Source: Trichoplax sp. H2 (taxonomy: Eukaryota). From it: a DNA stretch of 64,000 nt. The stretch spans positions 62,001-126,000 of the forward strand of contig NOWV01000028.1 of assembly GCA_003344405.1 (NCBI GenBank). The letters are read 5' to 3'. Position numbers and translations under genes: made by a program. Below the pieces are notes generated by a model. It saw nothing but the letters and a program-made list of their open reading frames with translations. It searched no databases and was not told the origin of the DNA. Below are positions 1-12,300 of the stretch, piece after piece (within the stretch, counting starts at the first letter, position 1; every line of letters starts with the position of its first letter).

Positions 1-180
1 GATGAATTTGTTGAAATACGCTTAAATAGTAGCTCGTTTACATTGTACAGGTACGGTATGTAGCAGATTTATTTCAACTTGTGGTATCATGGTTGACTTT
101 AATCTTTCAGTTTTTGTTACTGATTTCGTAATTGCTAAATAATGAACGATTTTTCTGATAACTCTTCTCGTAAATTATAG

Positions 181-1166
181 GTTGATAAACATATTCGAAG
201 ATTAGATTACGAACTAGCCCGATTTGAAGCTGACTTGAAAGAAAAAGAACAGGAAATTACAGGTATTAGTGTATAACTAATGGATAGGCGTTTTGATGCA
301 CGTTCCTTTTGCTATCTTTTTAATTACTTGTACATACTTCTCTGATGAATGATAAAACGACTTAGATTCTCATACAATGGTGGAAAATCAAGACATAAAA
401 AGTAAGTATCATTAATGATAACTCTAGAAGTCTAGGAGTTGTTTAGATACAGAAATTTTCATTCCTTATAGAAAACCGAAGCCGCTCTACAGGACGGAAA
501 AAGACGAGCAGAAAAAAGTTGAAAACATCAACGTTAGTAATGCGGCCAAATACTACTACTTGCGAATATGTAAAGTTAGATTGATTTAGTAATTATAGAT
601 GTTGGATGCAATAGGCTTGAAACTATCTCCAGTGCTGCATCTGTGATTGCACAATCGCAATCTATATTTAATGCAAGAGCTGTAGATATGCCAGTGGATC
701 CCAATGAACCTACTTATTGTTTATGTCATCAGGTGACTTAAAACATTAGAATAGAAACTTTTAGGATTACGTTAATTATGCTGCGTCTTTCAGTAGTCTT
801 GTTACTAAATCCGAGGATTATGCTCTAGGTTTCTTATGGCGAAATGATTGGATGTGATAACACTGAAGTAAGACACTATTTGTTATGCGTCGATGCTCAT
901 AAATCTGACATAACGCTTATTGATCATGCAAATAATTTGTTTTTTCTAATGACATGTAGTGCCCTATAGAATGGTTTCACTTTCAATGTGTTGGATTAAC
1001 TACAAAGCCGAAAGGAAAATGGTTTGTTACTTTAGCACATACCCTTTCTTTACATTTATTGATTACCCAGCTTCAAAATCGTACATCTTTACAAACTTGA
1101 TTGTTAAATCAAATATGCTTTTACAGGTATTGTCCCAAATGCACACAATCAAGAAAGAAGAAATGA
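181..1166 (+). CDS. Inhibitor of growth family PHD-finger protein (ING4/ING5-like), 3' exons only; 5' part upstream of window
   Basis: GT-AG bounded exons (181-262, ~366-401, ~472-532, ~632-732, 829-867, 960-1021, 1127-1166) splice to [19 protein letters not shown]...[55 protein letters not shown]...stop, the ING PHD signature. ING4 vs ING5 not resolved. Confidence 0.93.
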
Positions 1167-3945
1167 TATGCTTCAGTTATCTAGCCAATGAATGTCTTGT
1201 ATGGATCAATCCATGTAAAATTTTGATTTCTGCATGTATTAAATGAAATTCATTTACTTTGTCAGTTTAATCGGCTTGATGATAATACCACTTAAGTCTA
1301 ATCTGAACCTCAACTACTAGTTCGCCCGAGAACGCTAATCATAAATTTGTGAAATTGTAAATAACTAGTTTCCAGTTTTCACAATCTACTGAGAAAGTAA
1401 ACCATAGAGGGTTTCCTTCGCCTCTATAGAGAACGCTACCACTACGTTATGTTGGTAATAAGGCGATACTTATTTATGCAGTGTTATTTATAAACCTAGA
1501 TGCAAATTGAATGTTGCGATTGACCAGATCTTTTTTCTTGATTTCTCTTATCCTGAGTAATAAAATTACGCCTTGTAATATAACTGAGCTCTTGACGTAT
1601 GTAATTAATCAATCAATATACTTTCGTTTAATTAAGAAATAATTGTTAGTGATCTATGCTCATTAGAGTTCGATTATTGAATGGACCACCTGTTAATGAG
1701 GTTAGGTCTATTACTACTTAGAATATTCATGTATTAAATTTATTTTGATCAGTGACTGCATGTTAAATTGATCACCCAATCAATTTATAAGGATTGTACA
1801 ATACTACTGAACCATGATGGAATGCTTTCATAAATTTAGCTGTCTAAGTAAAAGAAATTTGATTTTTTTCTTTGTTTGCCACGATTTATAACGTTGTATT
1901 ATAGTACGGATTAACCTTTGAATTAATCGTTGTTTGTAATTGCATGACAACACAATTTGTGTCTAGTAGAGTAGGTACATAGCGTTATACACGCATGGTG
2001 GGTAAATTATTGTAGCTTGCTCTCATTTTTAGCAATTTTACTGATTGGACAATAACGCCGTACTTTGTAAGGTCTTGTACACGTATATGTTTTGCAATCA
2101 CCTGAGGGGTATAATTGTATAAATTTCCCATCCCTTGTATACTTGAATAAAATAAACCGTTTGTACGTTCTAAAAGAATGCGTTATCCATTTTTGAAGTA
2201 TGTACTTTCATTCCGTTCATATACAGAATGTGAGCAATTAACTCCAGGACTATAATTAATATCCTGTAAAACGTGTTATTAGAATTCATCATAGCTTATT
2301 TGAAAGCTTTAAATAATTGATCTTTCAAAGGTCATGAATGTAATTTTATCTAACTTCTAGTTTATAATTTATACAATACATATACTTTATTGCAAAACAG
2401 TACCATAGCCAGGTTGATTAGTAGTTATTGTTTAACGTGCTTGCCGTTAGCGGTACATATGTTAAGAACAATTTATCAAATAAAGTTTTAGTGCCATCAT
2501 GAAGTTTAATTACATTCTCCGATGAACAAACCGAGCACGAAACTGAATTTACTGATCACGGTAAGATTCAATAAGATGGATAAAAAAATACATATGCAGT
2601 AGTGTTTGTATTAATTAATCAATTATCGAAATGACGGGATCTTCAAGCTTGATAGGTACGAGTATAGCACAATAACCTGATTAATTCAAAGGACTTTAGA
2701 GCGATTGATTATACGTACAATAATTATGTGTACATACAATGCTACGTACGCATTTGCATAATGCATATACACACATAGTGATGCAAATTCTTCATAAGAT
2801 AAAATTTTTTTTAGTAAGTTAGCTAGAATGTTTTCAGCGAATAAAAAATTCTTGCGTATACTGACATTTGAGCCAGTAAATAAAGACAACACTAATACGT
2901 GTATATCCAGAACTGATACAGTGCTGTAGTATCATTTGTTTACTTATCCCATCTAAATTTTAGTAACATGGTAACCACAAATACGCGTATGATCGATCTT
3001 TATTGAGTTCTCTAATACTATTATTCATTCAGTTTTTAATGGTTAAGTTACCCAAAAATGACGTTTCAGATTTCAATGTGAGTACTTTTGTAGATACAAA
3101 TATACTCGTGCTCTGAGATGAACGCATACGCATATGAAGAGAAAGCACACTGACGCATACAACGGAATTCGTTATTCAAGGTTAAAGGAAGATGGCTCGT
3201 AATATTGTAAATAACAATTATTTCAAGTTATAATCCGTCAGGCTTGTTTGATGCCACTGTTAGGAAAACCAGGTTTAGAATTTAAAGTGTAACAATAAAC
3301 CTGTTTTATCTTCAATTGAAAATGTACAAACATCGTCGATTAGTCGACACAAATTTAGACTACGAAATGCACCATGATTTTATGCTTTACTGATGACTAA
3401 TACCACTGTCACGTGCAACCCATTAAGAAACTTTTAATTTCTCTTTTATTTTTTATCTGATGTTAATAATTAATTCTTATTTAATCATCCGAATGATAGA
3501 TTGAAAGATTGTTGATTCAAATGATATGATAATACACAGTATTAGAACACTACTGTTTTGAAAATTCACAATGGAGTTGCATCGACGATTGGCATAGCAT
3601 CTATTGTATAATTCACAGTCCCACGGTAAAAATAACCTTATTCTTATTAGTGCATATGAGACATTAATTAATACTGAGTTCGAAGGTTTCATCTAGGTTT
3701 TATCTCCATCGCTAGTAAATAATTTATCAAATGAGTACCGAAGCAACTCCGAATAAAATGTGTACGACGTTGATAAAACTTGTGATAAGTACTATTTCAG
3801 CAGGCATCATACCACTTCTATCCTATACTAGTAGCGCAGAAAGCAGACAATCAACTGTAAGTAGAATAAAAAATTATTTTTAATTTTTATTTATTTATTT
3901 TAACACCTGTCAGTCTAACTCAGACGGGTCCAGTAGTAGTGAGAT

Positions 3946-4100
3946 AGTACAGTACTGTGCACTATCAACTACAGTACAATGTACTGTAATTGATAGTATG
4001 GCCGTTACTAAATACTGTACTGCATACGATACACTTTCTAGAAAGGGTACTCGGTATACTTCAGTATAGCACAAAGACGCAGTTTGAAGCATACGGTACA
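3946..4100. repeat. CAGTA/TACTG pentamer-rich tract upstream of UBIAD1
   Basis: gtacagtactgtg, tacagtacaatgtactgta, atactgtactg, ggtacagt clustered ~320-470 bp before the ATG. Confidence 0.7.
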
Positions 4101-4417
4101 GTTTAGTATGGAAAAAAATGGACAAGTGAAACAGGTAAGCCATTGTTCTAATGCTGCTAAAGAAACCATTTATTATTTTCTAACTTTAATAAGGCAAACA
4201 GAATAGATTCATAACTGAAAGCCTCGGCATCGTTAACGTTATAATTTTTTTCATATTAACACTCCACCATCTCTAGTTGATACACGGCCACTATTAAAGA
4301 ATATTAAAGTATTACAGCGGCAACACAAATTACATACAACTGTTCTCTTGCATTGACAATTTGGCATATCGCCTTGTTAGATCTATAGTCTACAGCAAGC
4401 CTGACGTGAATAGCAAC

Positions 4418-5353
4418 ATGGCAGCAACAGCCTCTACTTCCAATCAAGCTCGAAATAAGCCATCACAAGCTAAATGGCTCGGATATGTCTTAGCTTTACG
4501 CCCTTGGTCATTTGCTGCTTCATTTATACCAGTATTACTTGGCTCTGTCCTCTCTTATAATTATAATTACAACTCGACCCAATCTTTTAGTTGGCCAATA
4601 TTTCTATTGACTGTTATAGTGACGTTGTCGGTACATGGAGCTGGCAATTTAGTCAATACATATTATGATTTTCATCGTGGTGTTGATTACGATGGTGCAG
4701 ATGATCGGACATTAATCGATCATTTATTGACCGCTGATGAAGTTGTTCGATTTGGTGCCATCTTGTACACAATAGCCTGTTTTGCATTCGCTGTTATTGT
4801 TTGCTTTTCGCAGGCCAGAATGGAAGTTTTAGCTTTCGTTTTCTTCGGAGGGCTCTCGGGCTCATTTCAGTATACTGGAGGTTTCGGTTTCAAATATTAT
4901 GCATTGGGCGATATCATGATCTTTGTCAGCTTTGGTCCAATTGCCGTTTTATTCGCTTTCATTGCCCAAGCTGGTGTTTGTGTTGTTAGAGTTGTATACT
5001 ATGCTATTCCTTTAGTGCTAATAACAGAAGCTATCTTGCATAGCAATAACGCTCGTGATCTTGAGTCTGACAAGCGTGCAGGTATAATTACACTTGCTAT
5101 CATCCTAGGTTACAAACGCTCATACATATTGTACGTTATACTACTATTTACACCTTATCTTATCTTCGCTTGTATGGCTATCATTTCGTCGCCATTCTAT
5201 GCGTTGCCATTAATAACGCTCTACGGCGGATTAAACTTGGAAAAGCAATTCCGACAAGGAAACCTCAGAAAGTTGCCTGTTGAAACAGCTCGTTTAAATT
5301 TGCTATTAGGGATCATGTATGTGCTCAGTTGCTTTCTAACTGGAGATATTTAA
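4418..5353 (+). CDS. UBIAD1: UbiA prenyltransferase domain-containing protein 1, single coding exon
   Basis: ORF from ATG 4418 with ALRPWSF, HGAGNLVNTYYDF.GVD..ADDRTL, YTGG.GFKY.ALGD and EAILHSNNARD.ESD..AGI.TLA motifs typical of animal UBIAD1. Confidence 0.95.
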   Translation: MAATASTSNQARNKPSQAKWLGYVLALRPWSFAASFIPVLLGSVLSYNYNYNSTQSFSWPIFLLTVIVTLSVHGAGNLVNTYYDFHRGVDYDGADDRTLIDHLLTADEVVRFGAILYTIACFAFAVIVCFSQARMEVLAFVFFGGLSGSFQYTGGFGFKYYALGDIMIFVSFGPIAVLFAFIAQAGVCVVRVVYYAIPLVLITEAILHSNNARDLESDKRAGIITLAIILGYKRSYILYVILLFTPYLIFACMAIISSPFYALPLITLYGGLNLEKQFRQGNLRKLPVETARLNLLLGIMYVLSCFLTGDI

Positions 5354-7186
5354 CTTAATTTGAAATATGCTTATCTTACGGTAGCTTATTATTCGTACAA
5401 TAAGTCGATCACGATAATTAATGATTGTGAAAAATGATTTGCTGCAATAGATCATGCTGAATTGCGTATTTATCTTTAATATCTTGACCGAGCAACTATC
5501 TTGTATAGATCTTAGGAGTTCTTTCGCGAGCCGCAAGACTGTATATATGTAAATTCATTACGCGGTTCTTCTCATCATCCATACAAATGCTTTCCATAAT
5601 TATACGATATCAAGAATCTGACATATGTGAAATTTAAAAATACTACAGCATAAAGTGAATTTATTGCACCGGAGTAATAGATACTGATTATTCAGACGAC
5701 TATCTTCCTATACGCTTTGAAATGGTTTCCATCTGAAATAGATGTCTGCTAGCATTAAACGCTTTATTGTAGTAGAAATACAAAATGAAAAATTTGCATT
5801 ATTAAAATTGCATTGCGTAAAAGCACTTGATCGCTTTGGCTTTGGTTTGTGTTATAGTTAATTATACACAAGTATAAGATTGTAACAGTCATTAATTTAA
5901 AATTAATTCCTCGTATTATTTTCGTGAAAATATTTTACTATATGCAATAAATAAATAATGTCCTGTAATGACTATGGATAAGATTTGAATTCCTAAGGTG
6001 TCTCTGTCCTTGCTTACGCAGTCACCATCATTTTTACCGAACCGAAAAGCTGCTTTAACAAATCCTTTCTCTAGGGCTGCAATATTTTTTACTTGTATGC
6101 TATCCTTCTGGTACAGTACAGCAATAGTAATACTTTACCTTGAGCATAGTTGTTCGCCGCATTATATACAATATGCGATTAGGTTGAAAGTAAGCTGCGC
6201 TGCAGTGATAATGAATATAAGCAATTACTGTAATAGAAGTATTATGATCGTAGGATTTTTATGTAGTGCTGATTTATATTGCTATAACATAAGAGTTAAT
6301 GCACAGTGAATACGACAAAAATTTGACTATAGCGACACGTGCTAAATCTACGATAATTAATATAACATACATTATGTATACTATACATCAAGAGACTTTT
6401 TAAGAGCTTTTTAATAAGCAGTGTTATTTGCGCTATTCAAAAGAAAAATTGAGCCTGTTTATTAGTTGACGATGTTTAATATTGATAGTGCTATTTTTCA
6501 TGAACTTTGAAGAACTAAGAGAATAATTATGTGTTTTTATGATGGAGATAATACAAGCATTGCTGTACTATATAATTGCAAGCATGGATAATATGACAGT
6601 AATCATAGTATCTATCATGGTGTTTATCCATGTCGATTTAATCAAGCATTTTTATGAGCTAAATTTAATTCTTGATGGTAACGTTAGGCATGTTTAGCTA
6701 TTGATGCTTACGTGACGTTACTTATTATCTCTACTTGGTTAACCATACGTATTTGTATGAGCCACTTTTTAAGATTTACAACCACTTGCAGTCAAATGAT
6801 ACCCGTGTGATCTAATGTTGATGCGCAATGAAGGAAACTATATTTATGCAAGTATATTTCATAAGATTTACATTATTTAATAATATAATTACATCTAATT
6901 AAACTTTACATAGCCTTCTAGAATGCTAACTCGTTCGTTCATTTTCACTAACAATTCACCGCAATACTTAAACATATAAAGTATATTATTTTTGTTTGTT
7001 GTAAATTTAAAATAAGCATTAAGATTTAATTCATCAAAGTCAGAAAATGAACCGCTTATTATATCGTGCAAATTTATACTATACATGATAACTAAGGAAA
7101 ATAAACGATTATACTGTAGTGGCCTGCTTTAAAATTTTCTTAAAGCAGTAGCTCATAGTATATGAAATAGCGGAGTAAAATCCTCT

Positions 7187-8657
7187 TTAAGGTAGTAATA
7201 ACAGATCCTGTTTAATATAAAGGCTTTGAGTTTCTTCATAAATTGGATTAATAACTGTTACAATGTTTGCCAACAACTGTAGAGTATCAGCCTCAGTCGT
7301 TGTAGCCTGATCGTTGATTTTAGTTAAAAGGCAAGCTCTGTTAGGTAAAGCGTACATAGCCAAGGCGGTGCCTTTCCTAACCAACCATGGATGAAAGTTA
7401 GCTAAAGTTTGGTTATAACAGTCGGACGCAATTGATGAGACTTTATCGTGTTCTTGACTTTCGGACAATTTCTCAAAAAATAATCGAATAAAATCTAACG
7501 CACGATGCAAGCGTAACAAGGTACGAGATGCGGAAGGTATTGGGCCTTTGACAATTGTAATATTACGATTGACCTCATATTCAAGCATTGATCGCACACT
7601 TAAATAATTTTGGCCTAAGAAAATTGGAATTAGTTAGTAAAAGGTTAAAGGCAAATTTGTATACCAATGAATCTAGCAGATTAGAAAGACCTGCAGCTAT
7701 TTGCATCCAAGAAGATTGTAATAGCTAGATTACCGGTACAAGATAATTGTTGCTACTGTATACTGTGAATCTAGCAAAGCACATGTGTATATAAATTGAG
7801 CATTCTACTGGAATGGTTTCAGCCAGCAGTTGACCTATCATTAATTAATTCACTCTAATTTTACTAGTAAGATCAGCAGTAGTGGCCTAGAGACTGTCTT
7901 TAAAGTACACTAAATTTGTAACAGTGCAAGTTTTAATTGTCTAAAATAGGGTTAGCAATCGTTAATGAATTAATTAGTCAAGCAACAGAATACTTACTGT
8001 CGATAAGTAGTTTACACGTAAAGTCCAGTAACTATGATCACTACTTATAAATAAATACCCACAATGTAGACCCACAGCTTGAGATACGCGCAGTATTTGG
8101 TATATTTTGTTTACTGACAGTGAGTAATTGTAATTACTGGTGATTATCGATCTGTTATTGATTAAGGTTTGCAAGATGTACATTGTACAGTAATTACAGA
8201 TAGGATAAATACTCGTTCAAGCATAGAAATGTAATTGTTGATCTACTAGCCACAGAGCCGAAATACTACAATATACCGTGTCTTGACAAAACGTAGATTA
8301 CTGGGATCAAGTGATTGTTTATCCGATTTGATCCGATTGTTGGGTATCTCATCGAAGTGGAATTTCAGTGGTGTGCAAACCAGATCAAGAGTAAATATGA
8401 AAGTTACTATTTCGATAACACTGCACAGCTTCCAGTTTACCTGCATCTCCTTTTCGATGTTTCCTAAGAATTTCAATTTTACTTTTAACGTCTGCAGTGA
8501 TAAACGAAAACAGCCGGCCAAAATAGTCGAAAAAAACAATTATAGCTTCGTATGCATTGACATACTCATCAACGAGAATGGCACCATCTTCCTTTCGTAC
8601 CTTACTGAATTGATCAAGAACAACTTCCAAAAAGGCTTTTGGCTCGTTCTTCGCCAT
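7187..8657 (-). CDS. CPTP: Ceramide-1-phosphate transfer protein (GLTP fold), 2 exons: 8657-8441 and 7614-7187
   Basis: In-frame GT-AG join gives ...FSFITADVKSKIEILR...GQNYLSVRSMLEYEV...SASRTLLRLHRALDFI...YNQTLANFHPWLVRK...LLLLP. The RxxLRLHRAL motif is characteristic of CPTP/GLTPD1/ACD11. Confidence 0.9.
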
Positions 8658-9103
8658 TGAACTCCGACAATTAATCAATCCATGAACTACTGTAATAACT
8701 AAATATATATACTGTATATATAATTGATATAAAGTCAGAGCATAGCGTTGACCACCTTGCGCATCAACAACACTGCATCAACTGCTCTAAACTCTGCTGC
8801 AGTTTATTTATGCCCTTGCAGGACTTAATAACCTTATACTGTTACGTTTGTATATTGAGCAAATTTAAAATGTTGTGTTTCTATACCGTAAACCTTGTCA
8901 GAGAATAAATCCACCTTAGTGTTTCCCCTTGCAGCTTGTCTGCATCCCCTGCAAAATGCTCTTGCTAATAGTTAGTCCGAAGCAGATTGGTAACATACTC
9001 AGGTAAGGACGCCAAAACTATGAAATAGTAATACAAAACAGTATAGTAATTATTATTATTATAGCGTAGCACTAGTCAAGCAGTCTGCCGTCTTTACTAC
9101 TTT

Positions 9104-9195
9104 AGTACTGCACTGTACACCAGCGTGCTGTGAGAGCGTTGAGTACCAGTACATTTCGGTACTATACTGTACTGTACTGTACATTGTACTGTACA
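9104..9195. repeat. CAGTA/TACTG pentamer array in the CPTP/INTS11 divergent promoter
   Basis: gtactgcactgtacac ... tatactgtactgtactgtacattgtactgtaca. Confidence 0.8.
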
Positions 9196-9343
9196 ATAAA
9201 AGTTGGAGAACTCTTTAACTTGAGGCAATCAGAAAATCAACAGTTGCTGAGCCTCTTGTTCTCTACTTTGCGATTTTGTGAACTCTACTATCACGGACAA
9301 CTCGAGAATATTTGTTGAATCCATCTTTAAAAGCTAATCGAAC

Positions 9344-12300
9344 ATGCCTGAAATAAAAGTGGTTCCGTTAGGTAGAGGATAAGTAGACTTGTGCGATGTT
9401 ATGCTAGATATTATTTTGCAGTATTGGCTCAAATTGGATATGATGGATGGGACTTATTAAAATACGCATTTGCATCTATTTTTTACATTTTAGGCGCTGG
9501 ACAAGGTTTGTCAAATTTTGCTTCACTTTGATCATTGATTACTTGAACTACCAACAAAATGGTCAAGAACTAAAAGCTGCAAAATCTTAATCATACCTTA
9601 AATGATACGTCTAGTGGACTTAATAATTTCTCTTTACTGACAGAGAATAACACGAGTATTTTCATTTTGTATCAAGAGTTGTAACGTGTATCAGAAATCT
9701 GCAGAGTGTGCAAATAGTACCTTTAACTCATATTTACCCTGATAATAGAAATGAGTACACCAAGTAGATCATTATTATGTTTAAGAATCGATAAAATTTT
9801 GTTACAGCACGTATAAAATATTTATTTTGTTTCACACTGTCTTACTCTACTGATTATAATTGTTGTACCTTCACAACCAAAGCTTGATTGAAGTAAATAC
9901 GTGTAAATTACAGGTAGATCTAGTAGTCCATGCAACAATACTCTACACTAGTTCCCAGCCGAGTTTCAAAAAAATTTTTGTACTGTATGTAGTACCATGA
10001 TAGTATTATGGTCATTAGTAAGTTCCTTGAAATCTTCTATATGTATATATCAGCAGTATAGTCTCTACGTTATTGATACTATTAGAATTTGCAGTATAGA
10101 AGTAGTATTGAGATGGAATTGCTATATTTCTGTTGCTAACAATTGATGTTAGCCCTATGATTTAAGCAGCTGTGGTACAAGTACTGTATAATGTACATAT
10201 CGTTGAGATTTTTCTTGTTCAAAGTAAACGTATGTGTATACAAATAGAGTATACAAATACGCTAGGTATATTCTAGGTATTTCTGTAGTAGGATACCGTT
10301 GGTTATTCTTTATCACATATCATTCATAAATATCAATTACTATTTCTTATGTTCTAAAGACGTCGGACGCAGTTGTATTCTTGTCACGATTGGATGCAAG
10401 AATATCATGTTCGACTGTGGGATGCACATGGGATACAATGACGATGTAAGTTTGAAAACAGGCATGGCTTAGGGAATCGTACAATAATTATAATTATGCA
10501 TCACTCAGTATACTATCTTTATATTATTATTATACATGATCGAAAGGCGACCTAACTTATCGGGCTTACTCGTTGTTTGATAATAACCAAATAGAGAGTA
10601 AAATATTGTTCGATGTAAACTCATCGTATTTATTGTACCTTGAGTAGAGACGTTTCCCGGATTTTACGTATATCACACGTTCAGGAAGTTTAACTCAATT
10701 TCTAGATTGTGTTATAATCAGGTCTGTCTACATTCATATCTATTGATGTAAAGTAATTGTAACATGTACAGTATATAACTTATTCTTGGATACCTTAAAC
10801 TATGTTGGAAACTAGAACTTATTCAGTTTGTCTAGCTATGGTATCGGACTTGGATGTAATACAATTTATGATCAATTTTAGAAAGATAACACTACAGCAT
10901 GAAATGAAATTTTAGTATGCTATAGGATTGACTTTACTAACTCTTTCTGCATATTTTAAATTTAGCCATTTTCACTTAGATCATTGCGGAGCTCTACCGT
11001 ATTTCTCTGAAATGTGTAAATATGATGGTCCAATATACATGACACACCCTACTAAAGCAATATGTCCAATTCTACTGGTAAGTTAAAATTGGAATTAAAC
11101 TTAAAATAGTACCATTGTAACATAGCATTGTAGATTCAAAGAAAATTATTACTAGTAAAACGGATTGTTAATTCATATGATGACAATTAAATCGCACTTC
11201 AACTAATACAGGAAGACTACCGAAAAATTACTGTTGATAGGAAAGGAGAAAAAAATTTCTTTACTTCGCAAGTATGTTGTTAGCAGGTGTCGCATTTATT
11301 GTCTATTCATAGCTTTGTGCAAACTCGATATGGAAATATTTTCCACACAGATGATTAAGGACTGCATGAAGAAAGTTAAAGCAATTAACTTACATCAGAC
11401 TGTAAAGGTAATTATTGCATTATTACTATCTAAGTATTTTTATTTACCAATGTAAGTTGCCATGATTGTTCTCACTGACCTTGGTGTATTCATTAACTTA
11501 ATAGAGTAATATTAGTGAATATGCGATATACCAGTAATCTTAGCAACATCATCGTTAAGGTAAATTTTTCTAATAACCACAGGTTGACGACGATTTAGAA
11601 ATTAAGGCTTATTATGCTGGGCATGTTTTGGGAGCTGCTATGTTCCTGGTTAAGGTCGGATGTGAATCTGTTCTGTATACGGTTAGCGGTTCACAAATTT
11701 TGCATTAAATTGCTGTAAAAGCAATAAATCTAATTTCGTACAAATGGACGTAGAATAACTAGAAATTTCTTGAACTTTCTTAGGGTGATTACAATATGAC
11801 CCCAGATCGCCACTTAGGGTAGGTCTATTCCTTTTCTGCATTAGGAAATTTTTAGCTAAAATACTTCCGCTTTGAAATTTATTGTATTGTGTTATAGAGC
11901 CGCATGGATAGACAAATGTAGGCCAAATTTATTAATAACGGAATCAACATACGCTACCACAATTCGCGATTCTAAGAGGTTTGTTTAATAGTAAAGTATA
12001 ATATTTACGTAATCAATCACTACAGAATGACTTGAATTGATCATAGTTGATATTAATTACTTTTACCTCGATATTAGATGTCGTGAAAGAGATTTTCTAA
12101 CAAAAGTCCATGAATGTGTTGAACGAGGCGGCAAGGTGAGAACTTCAAATTAGGTACTATTTGTTATGCAATTAAGTATATTTTCCAACAACCATTAAAC
12201 TGCTATATTCACTTAACTTAGGTTCTGATTCCCGTTTTTGCCCTAGGGAGGGCACAGGAGTTGTGCATTTTATTGGAAACTTATTGGTAATAATTTAATT

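Noticed and set aside
4418..5353. Intronless UBIAD1 as horizontal transfer or retrocopy
   Set aside because: Motifs are of the animal UBIAD1 type, the family is intron-poor in animals, and the gene sits with its syntenic neighbours.
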